A stretch of 32,000 nt of DNA from Alkalilimnicola ehrlichii MLHE-1. GTDB lineage: Bacteria > Pseudomonadota > Gammaproteobacteria > Nitrococcales > Halorhodospiraceae. The first letter of the stretch is position 1. Each line of letters opens with the position of its first letter. Where the stretch lies: NCBI RefSeq assembly GCF_000014785.1, contig NC_008340.1:600001-632000 (forward strand), read 5' to 3'. The notes under the pieces are model-generated. The model saw only the letters and a program-made list of their open reading frames with translations. It had not been told where the DNA came from and ran no database searches. Shown here piece by piece: positions 29,873 through 32,000 of this stretch. A program made the translations under genes and the position numbers.

Positions 29873-32000
29873 ATGGCAAAACGCAAACGCAGCAAGCTAC
29901 CCGAGCAGGACCCTTACCTCGATCGTGAGCGCCAAAAATACGACCGCCCGGTGCCCAGCCGGGAATACCTGCTGGAGGTGATCGGGGCCCATGGCCGCCC
30001 CTTCACCCGCCAGGAGCTGGCCGATCTGCTCGAACTGAACGACCCCGAACAGCAGGAAGGGCTGCGTCGGCGCCTGCGCGCCATGGAGCGCGACGGGCAA
30101 CTGGTGCGCAACCGCCGGCGCGGCTATGTCATCGTTGACAACCGCGACCTGGTGCGCGGCCGCATCCAGGGGCACCAGAACGGCTCCGGCTGGCTGCGCC
30201 CGGACGATGGCAGTCCCTGGGTCTATCTGCCCCCCAGGCAGATGAAGGCCCTGATGCACGGCGACCGAGCCATCGCCCGGGTGGTGGGCCTGGGTGAGGA
30301 CAAGCGCCCCGAGGGCGAGCTGGTGGAGGTGCTGGAGCGCGCCAACAGCCGGTTGCTGGGCCGCTACTTCGAGGAAAGCGGCATCGGCTTCGTGGTGCCG
30401 GAGAACAAGCGCATGAGTCACGACATCATCGTGCCGGCCCACGAGGGCGCCGATGCGGTGAGCGGGCAGATGGTGGTGGTCGAGATCCGCTCCCAGCCCA
30501 CCGAGCGGCGCCAGCCCATCGGCCAGGTGGTGGAGGTGCTCGGGGAGCACATCGACCCCGGCATGGAGATCAAGGTCGCCGCCGAGACCTACGGCATCCC
30601 CGTGGAATGGCCGGAAGCGGTGGATGCCGAGACCGCTCACCTGGGCGAGGAGGTGCCCGAAGCGGCCAAGGCCGACCGGGTCGACCTGCGCAACACACCG
30701 CTGGTCACCATCGACGGTGCCGACGCCCGGGACTTCGATGACGCCGTCTACTGCGAGCCCACCCCCAGCGGCTGGAAGCTCACCGTGGCCATCGCCGACG
30801 TCTCCCATTACGTCCGCCCAGGCGCTGCCCTGGACGACGAGGCCCGGAACCGCGCCACCTCGGTCTACTTTCCGCGCAACGTGGTGCCCATGCTGCCCGA
30901 GGTGCTCTCCAACGGGCTCTGCTCGCTGAACCCGAAGGTGGATCGGCTGTGCATGGCCTGTGAGATGCTTATCGACCGCAACGGCGAGATCAAGCGCTCA
31001 CGCTTTCTGCGTGGGGTCATGCGCTCGCACGCCCGCTTTACCTACGAGCAGGTCTGGGGGCTGCTCCAGGGCGACGACCCGGAGGGCGCGGCGGAGCACG
31101 CCGAACTGCTGCCCCATCTGCACCACCTCTACGAGCTGTACGGCGCCCTGCGCCAGGCGCGGGAGCGGCGCGGTGCGATCGACTTCGAGAGCAGTGAGGC
31201 CGATATCGAGTTCGATGATCAGGGCCGGATCGTCAACATCGCGCCCACCCGGCGCAACGACATCCACAAGCTCATCGAGGAGTGCATGATCGCAGCCAAC
31301 GTCTGCGCCGCCCGTTTCCTTGAGCGCCAGCGGATCGGGGGGCTTTACCGGGTGCACGACACCCCGCCGGAGGACCGGCTGCTGTCGCTGCGCGAGTTCC
31401 TCAACGGCATCGGCCTGCCCCTGGGCGGCGGTGACAAGCCGCGGGCGGCGGACTACGCCGAGGTGATGCGCAAGGTGCAGGACCGGCCCGACCGCCACCT
31501 GATCGAGACGGTGATGCTGCGCTCCATGCAGGCCGCCGACTACCGGCCGGACAACTCCGGCCACTTCGGCCTGTCGCTGGATGCCTACGCCCACTTCACC
31601 TCCCCCATCCGCCGCTACCCGGACCTGATGGTCCACCGCGCCATCGGCCACATCCTGGACGGCGGCAAGGGGAGCGACTACCCGGTGCGCCACGATGAGC
31701 TGGTGGCCCTGGGCGAGCACTGCTCCACCTGCGAGCGCCGCGCCGACGATGCCACCCGCGACGCGCTGCTGACCCTCAAGTGCGAGTACATGCAGCAGCA
31801 CCTGGGTGACGAGTTCAACGGCGTCATCTCCGGGGTCACCAGCTTTGGCCTGTTCATCGAACTGGAGGACCTGTTCGTGGACGGGCTGGTGCACGTTACC
31901 CAGCTTGAGAGTGATTTCTTCCACTTCGATCCGGCCAGCCACCGCCTGGTCGGCGAGCGCACCGGCAAGGCGTACCAGCTCACCGACCGCGTCCGGGTAA
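29873..32000 (+). CDS. rnr: Ribonuclease R (3' truncated by the window edge)
   Basis: Translated by eye: MAKRKRSKLPEQDPYLDRERQKYDRPVPSREYLLEVIGAHGRPFTRQELADLL...VDLRNTPLVTIDGADARDFDDAVYCEP...FTSPIRRYPDLMVHRAIGHIL...S1 domain FNGVISGVTSFGLFIELEDLFVDGLVHV; no stop before 32000. Confidence 0.96.
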   Translation, partial: MAKRKRSKLPEQDPYLDRERQKYDRPVPSREYLLEVIGAHGRPFTRQELADLLELNDPEQQEGLRRRLRAMERDGQLVRNRRRGYVIVDNRDLVRGRIQGHQNGSGWLRPDDGSPWVYLPPRQMKALMHGDRAIARVVGLGEDKRPEGELVEVLERANSRLLGRYFEESGIGFVVPENKRMSHDIIVPAHEGADAVSGQMVVVEIRSQPTERRQPIGQVVEVLGEHIDPGMEIKVAAETYGIPVEWPEAVDAETAHLGEEVPEAAKADRVDLRNTPLVTIDGADARDFDDAVYCEPTPSGWKLTVAIADVSHYVRPGAALDDEARNRATSVYFPRNVVPMLPEVLSNGLCSLNPKVDRLCMACEMLIDRNGEIKRSRFLRGVMRSHARFTYEQVWGLLQGDDPEGAAEHAELLPHLHHLYELYGALRQARERRGAIDFESSEADIEFDDQGRIVNIAPTRRNDIHKLIEECMIAANVCAARFLERQRIGGLYRVHDTPPEDRLLSLREFLNGIGLPLGGGDKPRAADYAEVMRKVQDRPDRHLIETVMLRSMQAADYRPDNSGHFGLSLDAYAHFTSPIRRYPDLMVHRAIGHILDGGKGSDYPVRHDELVALGEHCSTCERRADDATRDALLTLKCEYMQQHLGDEFNGVISGVTSFGLFIELEDLFVDGLVHVTQLESDFFHFDPASHRLVGERTGKAYQLTDRVRV

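Overview
This window is a GC-rich, densely packed stretch of housekeeping genes. Gene order and protein features suggest a gammaproteobacterium, possibly Ectothiorhodospiraceae-like; that placement is inference, no search was run. From left to right: a family 4/5-type uracil-DNA glycosylase, rimI, a DUF2970-like small membrane protein, then on the minus strand valS, a GNAT acetyltransferase, holC and pepA. lptF and lptG follow on the plus strand, then an RDD membrane protein and tRNA-Glu(CTC) on the minus strand. Next come pcnB, folK, panB, panC and panD (plus), queG (minus), and the long conserved cluster nnr-tsaE-amiC-mutL-miaA-hfq-hflX-hflK-hflC, hisZ, purA and a glycine-zipper lipoprotein (plus). 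The window ends with tRNA-Leu(CAG) on the minus strand and a truncated rnr on the plus strand. The rnr gene is missing from the supplied ORF track because it runs off the window edge. I found no phage or transposase gene, CRISPR array, toxin-antitoxin or defence locus, or biosynthetic island, and I do not think a novel multigene system is present. The observations most worth a second look are small: (1) two tandem ~85-bp imperfect-palindrome repeat elements between panD and queG; (2) hflX, which has no canonical start covering its conserved N-terminus, with a candidate ATA start behind a Shine-Dalgarno-like GAGGA; (3) queG and nnr start codons overlapping head-to-head; (4) good sigma70-like promoters for both tRNAs and for panD, the last with a ~105-nt leader; (5) a possible alternative-hairpin leader upstream of the GNAT gene lying between holC and valS; (6) an acidic insertion in PcnB.
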